Positions 8,926 to 18,619 of a stretch of DNA of 28,627 nucleotides are shown here, in pieces. The notes below the pieces were generated by a model, which was given only the letters and a program-made list of their open reading frames with translations, had not been told where the DNA came from and did not search any database. A program made the position numbers and the translations under genes. Position 1 is the stretch's first letter; each line of letters begins with the position of its first letter. This DNA comes from Verrucomicrobiota bacterium. GTDB lineage: Bacteria > Verrucomicrobiota > Verrucomicrobiia > Limisphaerales > SXQI01. Location: the NCBI GenBank assembly GCA_033762115.1, contig JANRLX010000069.1:1-28627 (forward strand). The letters run 5' to 3'.

Positions 8926-10142
8926 TTTGCAATCGACCCGCTCTTTGCCTCCGCGATCACCGCATGGAAAGCTGGCTTCGGCTGATTGTCGCCGTCAAAG
9001 AGGAGAGGCTGGCCCTGTCTCCGCCAGGAAACCGCGTCATTCACACCCCAAAAGGTGACCATCTTCACCGAGTCGCGGTGTTTCACAAAAGCCCTGAAAA
9101 TTCCTGCATACGCATCGGCCAGCTTTTTTTCCGCATCGCTCACCAGCCCGCCCTGTGTCGCCGAGGCGTTCGCCGCGATATCCGCATCAGTCCGTCGTTG
9201 CCCCTCCGCCGCGCTGTTGACATCCAGTTCCGTGATATGGATCGGCAGGCCGAGCGAGGCGATTTCAGTCAGCGTTTGATCCATGATTTCAAAAGTCGTC
9301 GAAACATTCACATGCGCCTGCGAACCGATCACATGCACCGGAATTTTTTCTTCCTGCAACGACTTGATCACCGTCAGGAGTTTCTTCCGCTTGATCGGGT
9401 TCTCCAACCCATAATCATTGTACCGCAGGATCGCATTCGGATCAGCCTCATGCGCGTATTGAAAAGCCTTGGCGATATAGTCCGGTCCGATGATTTCCAG
9501 CCAGAGCGAATTTCTCAGCACATTCGTCGCGGGACCATCCGCAATCGCTTCATTCACCACGTCCCATGCCTTGACCTTCCCCTTGTAACGCCCCACCACC
9601 GTGTGGATATGCGTCCGCATCCGTTCAAGCAACTCCTCCCGTGAAGCGCGTGGGCCATTGTATCGACCTCGCCCGAACTGGTTCGTCCCCGGCGCATTTG
9701 TGCTCGCCGAAACGTTCGCCGGAGGCGGATTTGTCCCCGCAAAAACCCAGTTCGGCGTCTGGCTGTGCCACACAAGCGTGTGCCCCGCCACATACATCTG
9801 ATTGCTCAGGCCGAAATTCACGAACGCATCCGCCGGGACAAAATCGTAACCATCGTTCCCTTCGCGCGGGTGGATCAATGCCCACTTCATGTCATTCTCT
9901 GCCGTGATCTGGTTGAACTGCTCCTTCAGCAGCGCAATATCCTTCGCATTTTGCTCCAGGCTTCGCCGGAATGGCGTCCCTTCCATCACCATGCTGCGAT
10001 TCACTGCTGTGCCAACCAGGAAACGCTCCTTGAACACCTCCTTCAGCGTGACCGGTGCCTCTGCGCTTCGAACGGTGGTGACAAGCAGCGCAGCCCCAAA
10101 AAGGCCGGCCGCCATTTGACGGTTTATTTTAAACATATCCAA
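8922..10142 (-). CDS. Secreted GH10 endo-1,4-beta-xylanase
   Basis: TAENDMKW, GHTLVWHSQTP, WDVVNEA (acid/base Glu), YNDY, ITELDV (nucleophile Glu), TFWG. Signal peptide. Confidence 0.96.
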   Translation of the reverse strand: MDMFKINRQMAAGLFGAALLVTTVRSAEAPVTLKEVFKERFLVGTAVNRSMVMEGTPFRRSLEQNAKDIALLKEQFNQITAENDMKWALIHPREGNDGYDFVPADAFVNFGLSNQMYVAGHTLVWHSQTPNWVFAGTNPPPANVSASTNAPGTNQFGRGRYNGPRASREELLERMRTHIHTVVGRYKGKVKAWDVVNEAIADGPATNVLRNSLWLEIIGPDYIAKAFQYAHEADPNAILRYNDYGLENPIKRKKLLTVIKSLQEEKIPVHVIGSQAHVNVSTTFEIMDQTLTEIASLGLPIHITELDVNSAAEGQRRTDADIAANASATQGGLVSDAEKKLADAYAGIFRAFVKHRDSVKMVTFWGVNDAVSWRRQGQPLLFDGDNQPKPAFHAVIAEAKSGSIAK

Positions 10143-10166
10143 TATGACGGCGTCTCTCGCCTCGCG

Positions 10167-10778
10167 TTACGGTGCCAATTTGATTCTGACGTCCTTCAAC
10201 GGGGCGCCACTCTTGTCCAGCAGCCGCATCGCCCCCTGCCAGGCGTTCTGTTCATTGATCACCTTGAAGACAATCACGTTCAAACCCTTCTTCAGTGTGA
10301 TTTTCCCCTTGTCACCGTCCAGCATCAGCGTGCGCGGTTCATTGAACACATAAATATCCACCCCATTGAAGTAGATGCGTCCCTCATCGTTGCTCGCGAC
10401 CGCCACGATCACATTACTTTTCTCTTTTTCACTCTCGATGTAGGTGACCATGTATCCGGCTGCGCGGTCATTCACGCTCTTCAGGGCGGCGTTGAAATCA
10501 AAATAATTCGTCGCGGCTGTGATGTTCTGCCACGTCAATTCCTTCGTCCCGATCGTCACCTTGTCACCCGCTTTTGGTCGAAGCGTCCCTTCGCCTCGCA
10601 CCTGCTCCTTGAAGATTGCGTCCCCGCCGCTTTCCCCTTCACTGAGCATGATCGGGGCAAGCATCACCCAATGGCGAATGTATCCCTCAGAATCAAGCGT
10701 CAAACCCTCAGCCTCGCTCGCCCGCAAGCTCGACAGGCATGACAACGCAATCAATCCAATTGAAAATAGTTTTTGCAT
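10167..10778 (-). CDS. Secreted hypothetical beta-sandwich protein (PA14/galactose-binding-like)
   Basis: Signal peptide. GYIRHWVMLAP...ASNDEGRIYFNG...ITLKKGLNVIVFKVIN...W pattern. Start lies 2 nt after the upstream stop. Confidence 0.6.
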   Translation of the reverse strand: MQKLFSIGLIALSCLSSLRASEAEGLTLDSEGYIRHWVMLAPIMLSEGESGGDAIFKEQVRGEGTLRPKAGDKVTIGTKELTWQNITAATNYFDFNAALKSVNDRAAGYMVTYIESEKEKSNVIVAVASNDEGRIYFNGVDIYVFNEPRTLMLDGDKGKITLKKGLNVIVFKVINEQNAWQGAMRLLDKSGAPLKDVRIKLAP

Positions 10779-10780
10779 GT

Positions 10781-13447
10781 TTATTCGTATTCGTTTGCTC
10801 GTTTCACGGGGACGGTCACTCCATCCTTCGGTGGTGTTTTCAATGTTCCCAGGTAGGCGAGAATGTCCGCCAGCTCCTGCTCCTTCAGCAAAACCCCAAG
10901 CGGCGGCATTGGGGAGATTTCCTGGCTTTCATAACCTTTCGCGAGTTTCGCGTTCGGTTCCATGAGGCTTTCCAGGATATAGGCATGGTCGCTGCGGACC
11001 GCGATCCCATCCAAAATCGGTCCAACATCGCCCCCCTTGCCGTTCACCATGTGGCAGGACGCGCACGCCGCCACCGGGCTGTTGTGAAACAAATCCTCTC
11101 CACGCTTCGGGTCCCCCGCGCTGACCTTGACCTCGTTTTCACCGACCGCGGCAACCTTATGAATCCGTCCCAGCAAAGTCAGCGTGTCGTTCAGGAACGG
11201 GTCATCCGAATTCACGCTCACCCGTGGAAGTTGTGCCACAACCGTCTGGATTTCCGGGATCGTTGGAAATTCCGCCAGTTTCACAAACGCCGTCTGCCGC
11301 GTGATCAGGTCAGGATCCTGGATCACAGCGCTGCTGAAAAAAAGCTGCCGTCCGGCTTCGTTCGCCGGGAGGGCGCGAATCGCATTGCGCCGCACCGCCC
11401 CATCTTTGTCGAGCAACGCTTTCTGATGCGTCTCCCGGTCCAGCGCGCCGATTCCTTCCAGCGACCAGAGCGCATGAATGGCCCCTTTGCCTCCCGCTCC
11501 GGAAGTCACCCGCTTCTTCAGCGCGGGAATTGCCTCCTTCATCCCATTGTCCACAATCAGCCGTTGCGCCGTCAGGCTCCAGAACTGGTTCCCGCTGTCG
11601 AGCGCCGCAACCACCTCGCTTCTGTTCTCTTTCGCCAGGCTCTTGATCGAATTCTTTGGAGCATCCTTCCATACCACCCGGTAGATGCGCCCATGCGTTT
11701 CGTCACGCAGGTCATTCTCGGTCTTGTAGGCGCCGCCCCGGCCTGTCGTCGCTTGAATCCCTGCCGATTGAATGCTCGGCGTCGGATTGTGCTGGATGAT
11801 AAAACTGTAAAAATCGATCACCCACACCGCCCCGTCCGGACCCACTTCAGCAAAAATCGGGGACATCCATTCATCCGTGCTCGCCAGCAGGTTCAACCCA
11901 TCATTCACCTTGTAACCAGCCCCATCCCGCTGAATGTCCATGATCCCGATCAGTTTCGCGGTGGGCTCGGTCACCAGAGCTTTTCCCTGCAACCGCGCAG
12001 GCAATGCGTCGCTGATCATGAATCCATGCCCTGCCGCGGCCGTGTATCCCCCGAAATTATCCACCATCCGCACATTCGGCGTGTTCGGGTGCATCCGCAG
12101 CCCCGGCGCGAGTGATTTGGCCGAGGGCAAACGCCGAACATTCGCCACATTCCCACTCTCCGGATTATTATTATCCTGGCCAAGCCGAAAGCCGGGACGA
12201 AACCCATTGCCTCCACGCCTGCCCCCACCCATTCCCGGCTGCGTTGGATTCAGGATATATGCAGGCAGATAACCGTAAAATGACGGGTTGCCATTCGCCG
12301 TTGAACCAAAAACATCGCCATGCTCATTCAGGCCAAAACCCCAGGTGTTGTTGTTGAACTGATGCAGAAATTGCAACGCCGATCCATCCGCCTTGAATCG
12401 GAAAATTCCCTGCCCGAATTGAAGCTCCTTCCCTCCGACAGTCCCGCGAAAATTCGAGTAACCCACCGCACCGTAAAGCCAGTTGTCGAAACCGCGCGCC
12501 AGGCTGCTCTGCATCGCGTGCGAATCGCCCACTCCCCAGCCAGGCAACAACGCTTGCCGCACATCCGCCTTGTCATCCCCGTTCGTGTCCTTCAGGAAAA
12601 GCATATGCCGCGCTTCCGACACGATGATGCCACCGTTCACAAACACCAGCGCGGTGGCGAGATTCAGTTGATCCGCAAAAATCGTGAACTTGTCCGCTTT
12701 CCCATCCCCATTGGTATCCTCGCAAATTTTTATATCCGCTTTCCCCGGCACCCCTTCCTCCGTCAACCCATGAGGATAATCACGTCCCTCAACCACCCAC
12801 GCTCGTCCCCGTTCATCCCAGGCCATATAGACCGGCTTCACTACGTCCGGCTCCGATGCAAAAAGCTGCAACTCGAAATCAGCTGGTACCTGCGTATATT
12901 TCACACTCTCTTCAGGATGAAGCGGAAGCTGATACTGCACCGGCTCCGGACGCCGCTCATAATTCGGCACCTCGCCAGCCTGCCGTTTCAACGGCGCGCG
13001 GGATGCCACAAAAGCTTCCCAACCTGCCCTGGCATCCCTGCTCACACTCCCAAGCACCGCCCCGCGTAAATCTGCATCTGCCGGACGGTCATTATACTTG
13101 AGCACCGCTTTCCCACCGCTCTTGAAGCCGTCAAGCATCTTCTTCTGCTCCCCGCCAAGTTCCGCTTCCGGCATCACCTGCACCACCGCATCGAAATGCT
13201 TCAGATAAACATCGGTCAGATTGCTTGCACTGGTCAGATGATCAAAGTAGATCGCTTCAGGTGCCAAAGTCTGTCCCGGCAGATAAACATAGTTCGTCCG
13301 CGAACCACCGAACCCGCCCCGCCCGCTGCCAGCATCCACCGGCCCCAGGTAAAGAATGTGTAGCGGTCGTTCCACCGCAGCGGCAAAACTGTTCAGTGCA
13401 AGAAATGCTCCCGTCAGGACTAGGGAAATCTGTTTTAATTTATTCAT
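10781..13447 (-). CDS. PVC-type heme-binding putative dehydrogenase (beta-propeller + HEAT repeats + C-terminal cytochrome c)
   Basis: Signal peptide. FELQLFASEPDVVKPVYMAWDERGRAWVVE, DTNGDGKAD repeats, NNTWG, GPDGAVWVIDFY, HGRIYRV. HEAT-like AIHALWSLEGIG and VRRNAIRAL. GDPKRGEDLF..CASCH..GGDVGP.L..MPP. Confidence 0.85.
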   Translation of the reverse strand: MNKLKQISLVLTGAFLALNSFAAAVERPLHILYLGPVDAGSGRGGFGGSRTNYVYLPGQTLAPEAIYFDHLTSASNLTDVYLKHFDAVVQVMPEAELGGEQKKMLDGFKSGGKAVLKYNDRPADADLRGAVLGSVSRDARAGWEAFVASRAPLKRQAGEVPNYERRPEPVQYQLPLHPEESVKYTQVPADFELQLFASEPDVVKPVYMAWDERGRAWVVEGRDYPHGLTEEGVPGKADIKICEDTNGDGKADKFTIFADQLNLATALVFVNGGIIVSEARHMLFLKDTNGDDKADVRQALLPGWGVGDSHAMQSSLARGFDNWLYGAVGYSNFRGTVGGKELQFGQGIFRFKADGSALQFLHQFNNNTWGFGLNEHGDVFGSTANGNPSFYGYLPAYILNPTQPGMGGGRRGGNGFRPGFRLGQDNNNPESGNVANVRRLPSAKSLAPGLRMHPNTPNVRMVDNFGGYTAAAGHGFMISDALPARLQGKALVTEPTAKLIGIMDIQRDGAGYKVNDGLNLLASTDEWMSPIFAEVGPDGAVWVIDFYSFIIQHNPTPSIQSAGIQATTGRGGAYKTENDLRDETHGRIYRVVWKDAPKNSIKSLAKENRSEVVAALDSGNQFWSLTAQRLIVDNGMKEAIPALKKRVTSGAGGKGAIHALWSLEGIGALDRETHQKALLDKDGAVRRNAIRALPANEAGRQLFFSSAVIQDPDLITRQTAFVKLAEFPTIPEIQTVVAQLPRVSVNSDDPFLNDTLTLLGRIHKVAAVGENEVKVSAGDPKRGEDLFHNSPVAACASCHMVNGKGGDVGPILDGIAVRSDHAYILESLMEPNAKLAKGYESQEISPMPPLGVLLKEQELADILAYLGTLKTPPKDGVTVPVKRANEYE

Positions 13448-13481
13448 TTGGATCAGGCGTGGACTTGTGAGGGTAACAAAA

Positions 13482-15035
<1,554 letters not shown>

Positions 15036-15063
15036 TTAAGAGGGAAAAGAGTTCAGCAAGGTT

Positions 15064-16200
15064 TCAATTTTTGAACAGTAACGGGGCGATTTCACGCAGG
15101 CTGCGCCGCCAGCTCTGCCATTCATGCGCCGTGTTCGGCGAAACATAGAAATGGCTGTTGATCCCCGCTGCTTTCAAAGCTTCCGTATTTGCCTTCGGAT
15201 CACCCCCACGGTTCGGACGGTCCCCCCCAAGTTCCCGGCTCCCATAACTGACGAAAACCAGTTTGACCTTTTCCTTGAACCCAGGCGTCTTTTCCACATC
15301 TTCCATTGAGATCGATCCCCCGCTGAACAGCCCAATATGCGAAAATTTATCCAGGTTTTTCAGGGTGATCATTTTCGTTTCCATGCCACCCATCGAGAGT
15401 CCCGCCATCGCGCGATTTGGCTGGTCTGCGAGCGTGCGGAAATTTGCCTCCGTGTACGGAATCAACTCCTCAACCAGCACCGTTTCAAACGGCTTGATGT
15501 CGAAATCCCTGATTCCACCCGGCCGCGTGTCATTCGTCATCCCGTAAGTCATGACAATGATGAACGGTCTGCATTTCTTTTCCGCGATCAGGTTGTCCAT
15601 GATCCACGCTGCCCGCCCCTGCACACCCCATCCATATTCGTTCTCACCCCATCCATGCTGGAGATATAACACCGGGTAACGCTGGTCCGGATTCTGGTCA
15701 TACCCGGGAGGTGTATAGACAAATGCACGCCGCACCGAGTCCGTGCTCTTCGAATGAAAATAAATCTCCCGCAATTGCCCATGCGGCACGTTCTTCAACG
15801 CATAAAAATCCTGGTCCTTGGCCGGAATTTCCACCGCGCTTCCCCAGCGCATCGACCCAAAGTACATCATGCTGTTCGGATCCGGCACCTCTGCTCCATC
15901 AATTTTGATTGCGTAATAATGAAACCCTTCATCCAGCGGCCTCGTATGGCCGTACCACGCCCCATCATCCCCCTTCGTAAACTCGCTGCTCTCCCTGAAC
16001 GTGCATCCCACGCTTTTGGCCTCGGGCGCCACAATCCGCAATTTCACCCGCCCTTCCGAATTCACCTTCGGATACTCCTTCCCCGGCTGGTTGGATGTTG
16101 CCGGCTTCCAGTCATCAGCCGGTGCCGCTTTTTCCTGGCCCATGCACAGGCCGCCCGTCAGCAGCAATGCGATAATCAAGATCGATCGTTTCCCTTTCAT
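15064..16200 (-). CDS. Secreted CE1 esterase with N-terminal E-set/CBM48-like domain
   Basis: YPKVNSEGRV.LRIVAPEA...GFHYY.IKIDG..VPDPNS, YTPPGY, YLQHGWGE, AGLSMGG, AHEWQSWRR. Signal peptide. AAGGA RBS. Confidence 0.9.
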   Translation of the reverse strand: MKGKRSILIIALLLTGGLCMGQEKAAPADDWKPATSNQPGKEYPKVNSEGRVKLRIVAPEAKSVGCTFRESSEFTKGDDGAWYGHTRPLDEGFHYYAIKIDGAEVPDPNSMMYFGSMRWGSAVEIPAKDQDFYALKNVPHGQLREIYFHSKSTDSVRRAFVYTPPGYDQNPDQRYPVLYLQHGWGENEYGWGVQGRAAWIMDNLIAEKKCRPFIIVMTYGMTNDTRPGGIRDFDIKPFETVLVEELIPYTEANFRTLADQPNRAMAGLSMGGMETKMITLKNLDKFSHIGLFSGGSISMEDVEKTPGFKEKVKLVFVSYGSRELGGDRPNRGGDPKANTEALKAAGINSHFYVSPNTAHEWQSWRRSLREIAPLLFKN

Positions 16201-16238
16201 GGTTTTCCTTCTGAATGATGTTGTTGGTTTAAATCTTT

Positions 16239-17873
16239 TCAGGGCCCCGCCACAGTGTCTCCCTGTGGTTTCCCCTGTGCATGCAGCGCACGGATTTCCT
16301 CCTTGGCAAGCGCCCGGCTGAACAGGCAGAACTCATCCACTGCCCCGCTGAAATTTCGAATCATGAATGGATCATCCTCCGGGAATCCCTTGGCATTCCA
16401 GTTGCCCAGTTCAGCGCTGCCAATACGAAACGGTGGAGTGATCTTCAGCGCTTTTTCACTCACCGGAACTCCATTGAGGTAATGGATCACACGTTCTGAT
16501 TCCCCGTCCAGCACGACAGCCAGGTGCAGCCACATCCCGAATTTTTCCAGCGTGACCACTGGTGGGCTGGCCACAATCTGATGCTCCCGGGGATCCGCTC
16601 CAATCACCGTCAATCCCAGCACCCCATCCCGGCGGATCAGCCAGTGAACCGTTTGCGGCTCAAATCCATCGCTCATGAAAAGGGAATTGATCTTCCGGTC
16701 CAGTCCCTTCACTGAAACCCATGCCGAAAAAGTCAATGAGCGAAACAATCCAGGAACGTTCAGGCGCATCCGGTCATTGACGCTTTGAAACTCCAGCGCC
16801 CGCTTCTCCGGCCATCTTCCTTCCGTCCACTGGCAACCCACCAGCGTTGCGTCCGTCGTCCCGCCCCGCCGGTCTCCCGTGCTGGGGACCTCCCATCCTG
16901 AAGGAGCCACATTTTCAAAATCAAAATGCAGGAGCAGCGATTCATCCTTTTCCATTCGTTTGCACGCCTTCCGCCATTGATCAAAACGCCGCGTCTCCGC
17001 CGCCTCTGACCTCACCTGGAAATTCAACAACGAAGCAAAAATTGTTTGGCCCGCCTCCAGCGAAACCACTCCCCGGTCACTCTCAATCCGTACTGCCGCC
17101 CCTTCCGGCAAAACCTCCTCCCCGCCATTTCTCCCCGCCTTTAACTTCACACTTCCCGCAAAGGCATACAGATCAATTCCCCGCTCCTTTACATCCAGGC
17201 CAATCGATCTCCCCGGGTCCTTCACGCTCACCTCCGCCGTTTTAATTCGAAATCCCCCTGCCTGCGCCGGAACTTCCACCAGGATTCGGCCCCGCCCGCA
17301 AAACAGTTCATTCGGCGAAATCAGCTCCAGTTCCGCCGGTCCCTCCATCACAATTCGCGCCCCGCTGTAAAAAGTCACTTGCGCCAATCCCCCCTCAAGC
17401 CGCAGTCGGCCCGGGTCCAATGGCGCGTTCAACCGGGGAATCTCATTCCCACGGTTCCATCGCGCATCCACCGTCCGGCTCAACATCGCCACCGCCTTGC
17501 TTGTCGCCTCTTTTTCGCCGGTGCGCCATTGCCGCACCCCCCAGACCCCCACCGCAAGCAAAGCCACACAGGCAGCCAGCGCAATCACCCCAATCTTTCC
17601 TGCGCTTCGCTTTCGCTTCTCTAAAAAATTCTCCAAAGGCAGAATGCCGCCCGCTCCGCTGAAAATGGAGGCATCACCCTCCGGCCTGGCAAACAGGTCC
17701 GGGTCGGACGCCAGCCGGGCATGAACTTCCAGCCGCAAAATATATTCATCCCGCGCCCCGGCATCCCTCCGCAAAAGCTCATTCAGCCCCCTGACCTGCT
17801 CCTCTGAAGCCAGGCCATGACAAACTGCCCCCACTGCCTCATCGAATTCACCCGAGGGAAAAACGATCTTCAT
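16239..17873 (-). CDS. FecR-like anti-sigma factor with C-terminal LamG/ConA-like domain
   Basis: N-terminal helical domain (LNELLRRD..ARDEY), one TM segment (IGVIALAACVALLAVGVWGV), FecR-like LRLEGGLAQVTFYSGARIVMEGPAEL, LamG-like W.HLAVV...YLNG...FSGAVDEFCLFSRAL. ATGA overlap with the sigma gene. Confidence 0.85.
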   Translation of the reverse strand: MKIVFPSGEFDEAVGAVCHGLASEEQVRGLNELLRRDAGARDEYILRLEVHARLASDPDLFARPEGDASIFSGAGGILPLENFLEKRKRSAGKIGVIALAACVALLAVGVWGVRQWRTGEKEATSKAVAMLSRTVDARWNRGNEIPRLNAPLDPGRLRLEGGLAQVTFYSGARIVMEGPAELELISPNELFCGRGRILVEVPAQAGGFRIKTAEVSVKDPGRSIGLDVKERGIDLYAFAGSVKLKAGRNGGEEVLPEGAAVRIESDRGVVSLEAGQTIFASLLNFQVRSEAAETRRFDQWRKACKRMEKDESLLLHFDFENVAPSGWEVPSTGDRRGGTTDATLVGCQWTEGRWPEKRALEFQSVNDRMRLNVPGLFRSLTFSAWVSVKGLDRKINSLFMSDGFEPQTVHWLIRRDGVLGLTVIGADPREHQIVASPPVVTLEKFGMWLHLAVVLDGESERVIHYLNGVPVSEKALKITPPFRIGSAELGNWNAKGFPEDDPFMIRNFSGAVDEFCLFSRALAKEEIRALHAQGKPQGDTVAGP

Positions 17874-18418
17874 CCCGCTCCTTTCCCCGCGCTTTCCATG
17901 CAGATCAGAAGCGAGTTCCTCACCCGTTGCAACGCCTTGTAAGTTGCCTCCACCGTCCGCCCCGAGCTCTCCGCGATTTTTTCAATCCCCGCCCGCTGAT
18001 AATAATACGCTTCAACGATTGAACGCTGCCCTTCCGGCAATTTTCCGATGCACCCTTCCAGATGCTTCAACCGAACCTCCATCTCAGGCCGCAGTTCTTC
18101 ACGCCGCTGCGCCAGTTCCTCCGCCAGCCCTCCCGCCAGCAACGCTTGCCACCGCTGCCGCCGTTCAATCCATTGCCGCGCCTTATTCAATGCGAACCGG
18201 CACGCCCACGGCGTGAACGGCTGCGCCGGGTCGTAGGCATCAAACTTTTCCCAAAGCGCGATTGCCGTCTGCTGAACAATATCCTCCGCATCCGTCACAT
18301 TCGGCACCAACGCTGCCACATAACGAAAGATTTCCCGTTCGCTCCGCAAAAACAGCGATAGAAATTGCTGTTGCGAAACGTTTCGCTCCTCAAATCGGCC
18401 AAACGAATCAGGTGACAT
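17870..18418 (-). CDS. ECF sigma-70 factor (Planctomycetes/Verrucomicrobia type)
   Basis: Region 2 AEDIVQQTAIALWEKFDAYDP..PFTPWAC and region 4 CIGKLP..QR...YKALQRVR. Start placed at ATG 18418; the ORF track extends to TTG 18466. Confidence 0.92.
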   Translation of the reverse strand: MSPDSFGRFEERNVSQQQFLSLFLRSEREIFRYVAALVPNVTDAEDIVQQTAIALWEKFDAYDPAQPFTPWACRFALNKARQWIERRQRWQALLAGGLAEELAQRREELRPEMEVRLKHLEGCIGKLPEGQRSIVEAYYYQRAGIEKIAESSGRTVEATYKALQRVRNSLLICMESAGKGAG

Positions 18419-18563
18419 CAAAAGGGATTCTACCAATACTTCCGTATTCCCCAAAAAATTGGACAAAATTTTTTATCTAATGTCTGCCACTCCAGGCGGA
18501 TGAATCGTTTTTTTTCTTATAAATAATTGACTGTCAAAGGTTTACAAAAATGCTGCCTCACCC

Positions 18564-18600
18564 AAAAAGAAAGAGGGCGGGACCGAAGTCCCGCCCTCTT
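18564..18600 (-). terminator. Intrinsic terminator after the PhoX-family gene
   Basis: Perfect 13-bp stem AAGAGGGCGGGAC-TTCG-GTCCCGCCCTCTT (18571-18600) with a C(UUCG)G loop, followed by TCTTTTT on the minus strand, 19 nt past the stop codon. Confidence 0.92.
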
Positions 18601-18619
18601 GTTCGATTCTTCTTAAGAA

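Noticed and set aside
10739..12115. 458 aa plus-strand ORF, and the adjoining 9765-10742 ORF
   Set aside because: They lie antisense to well-supported genes, have Arg/His/Pro-rich composition and show no motifs. They are typical shadow ORFs in GC-rich coding DNA.
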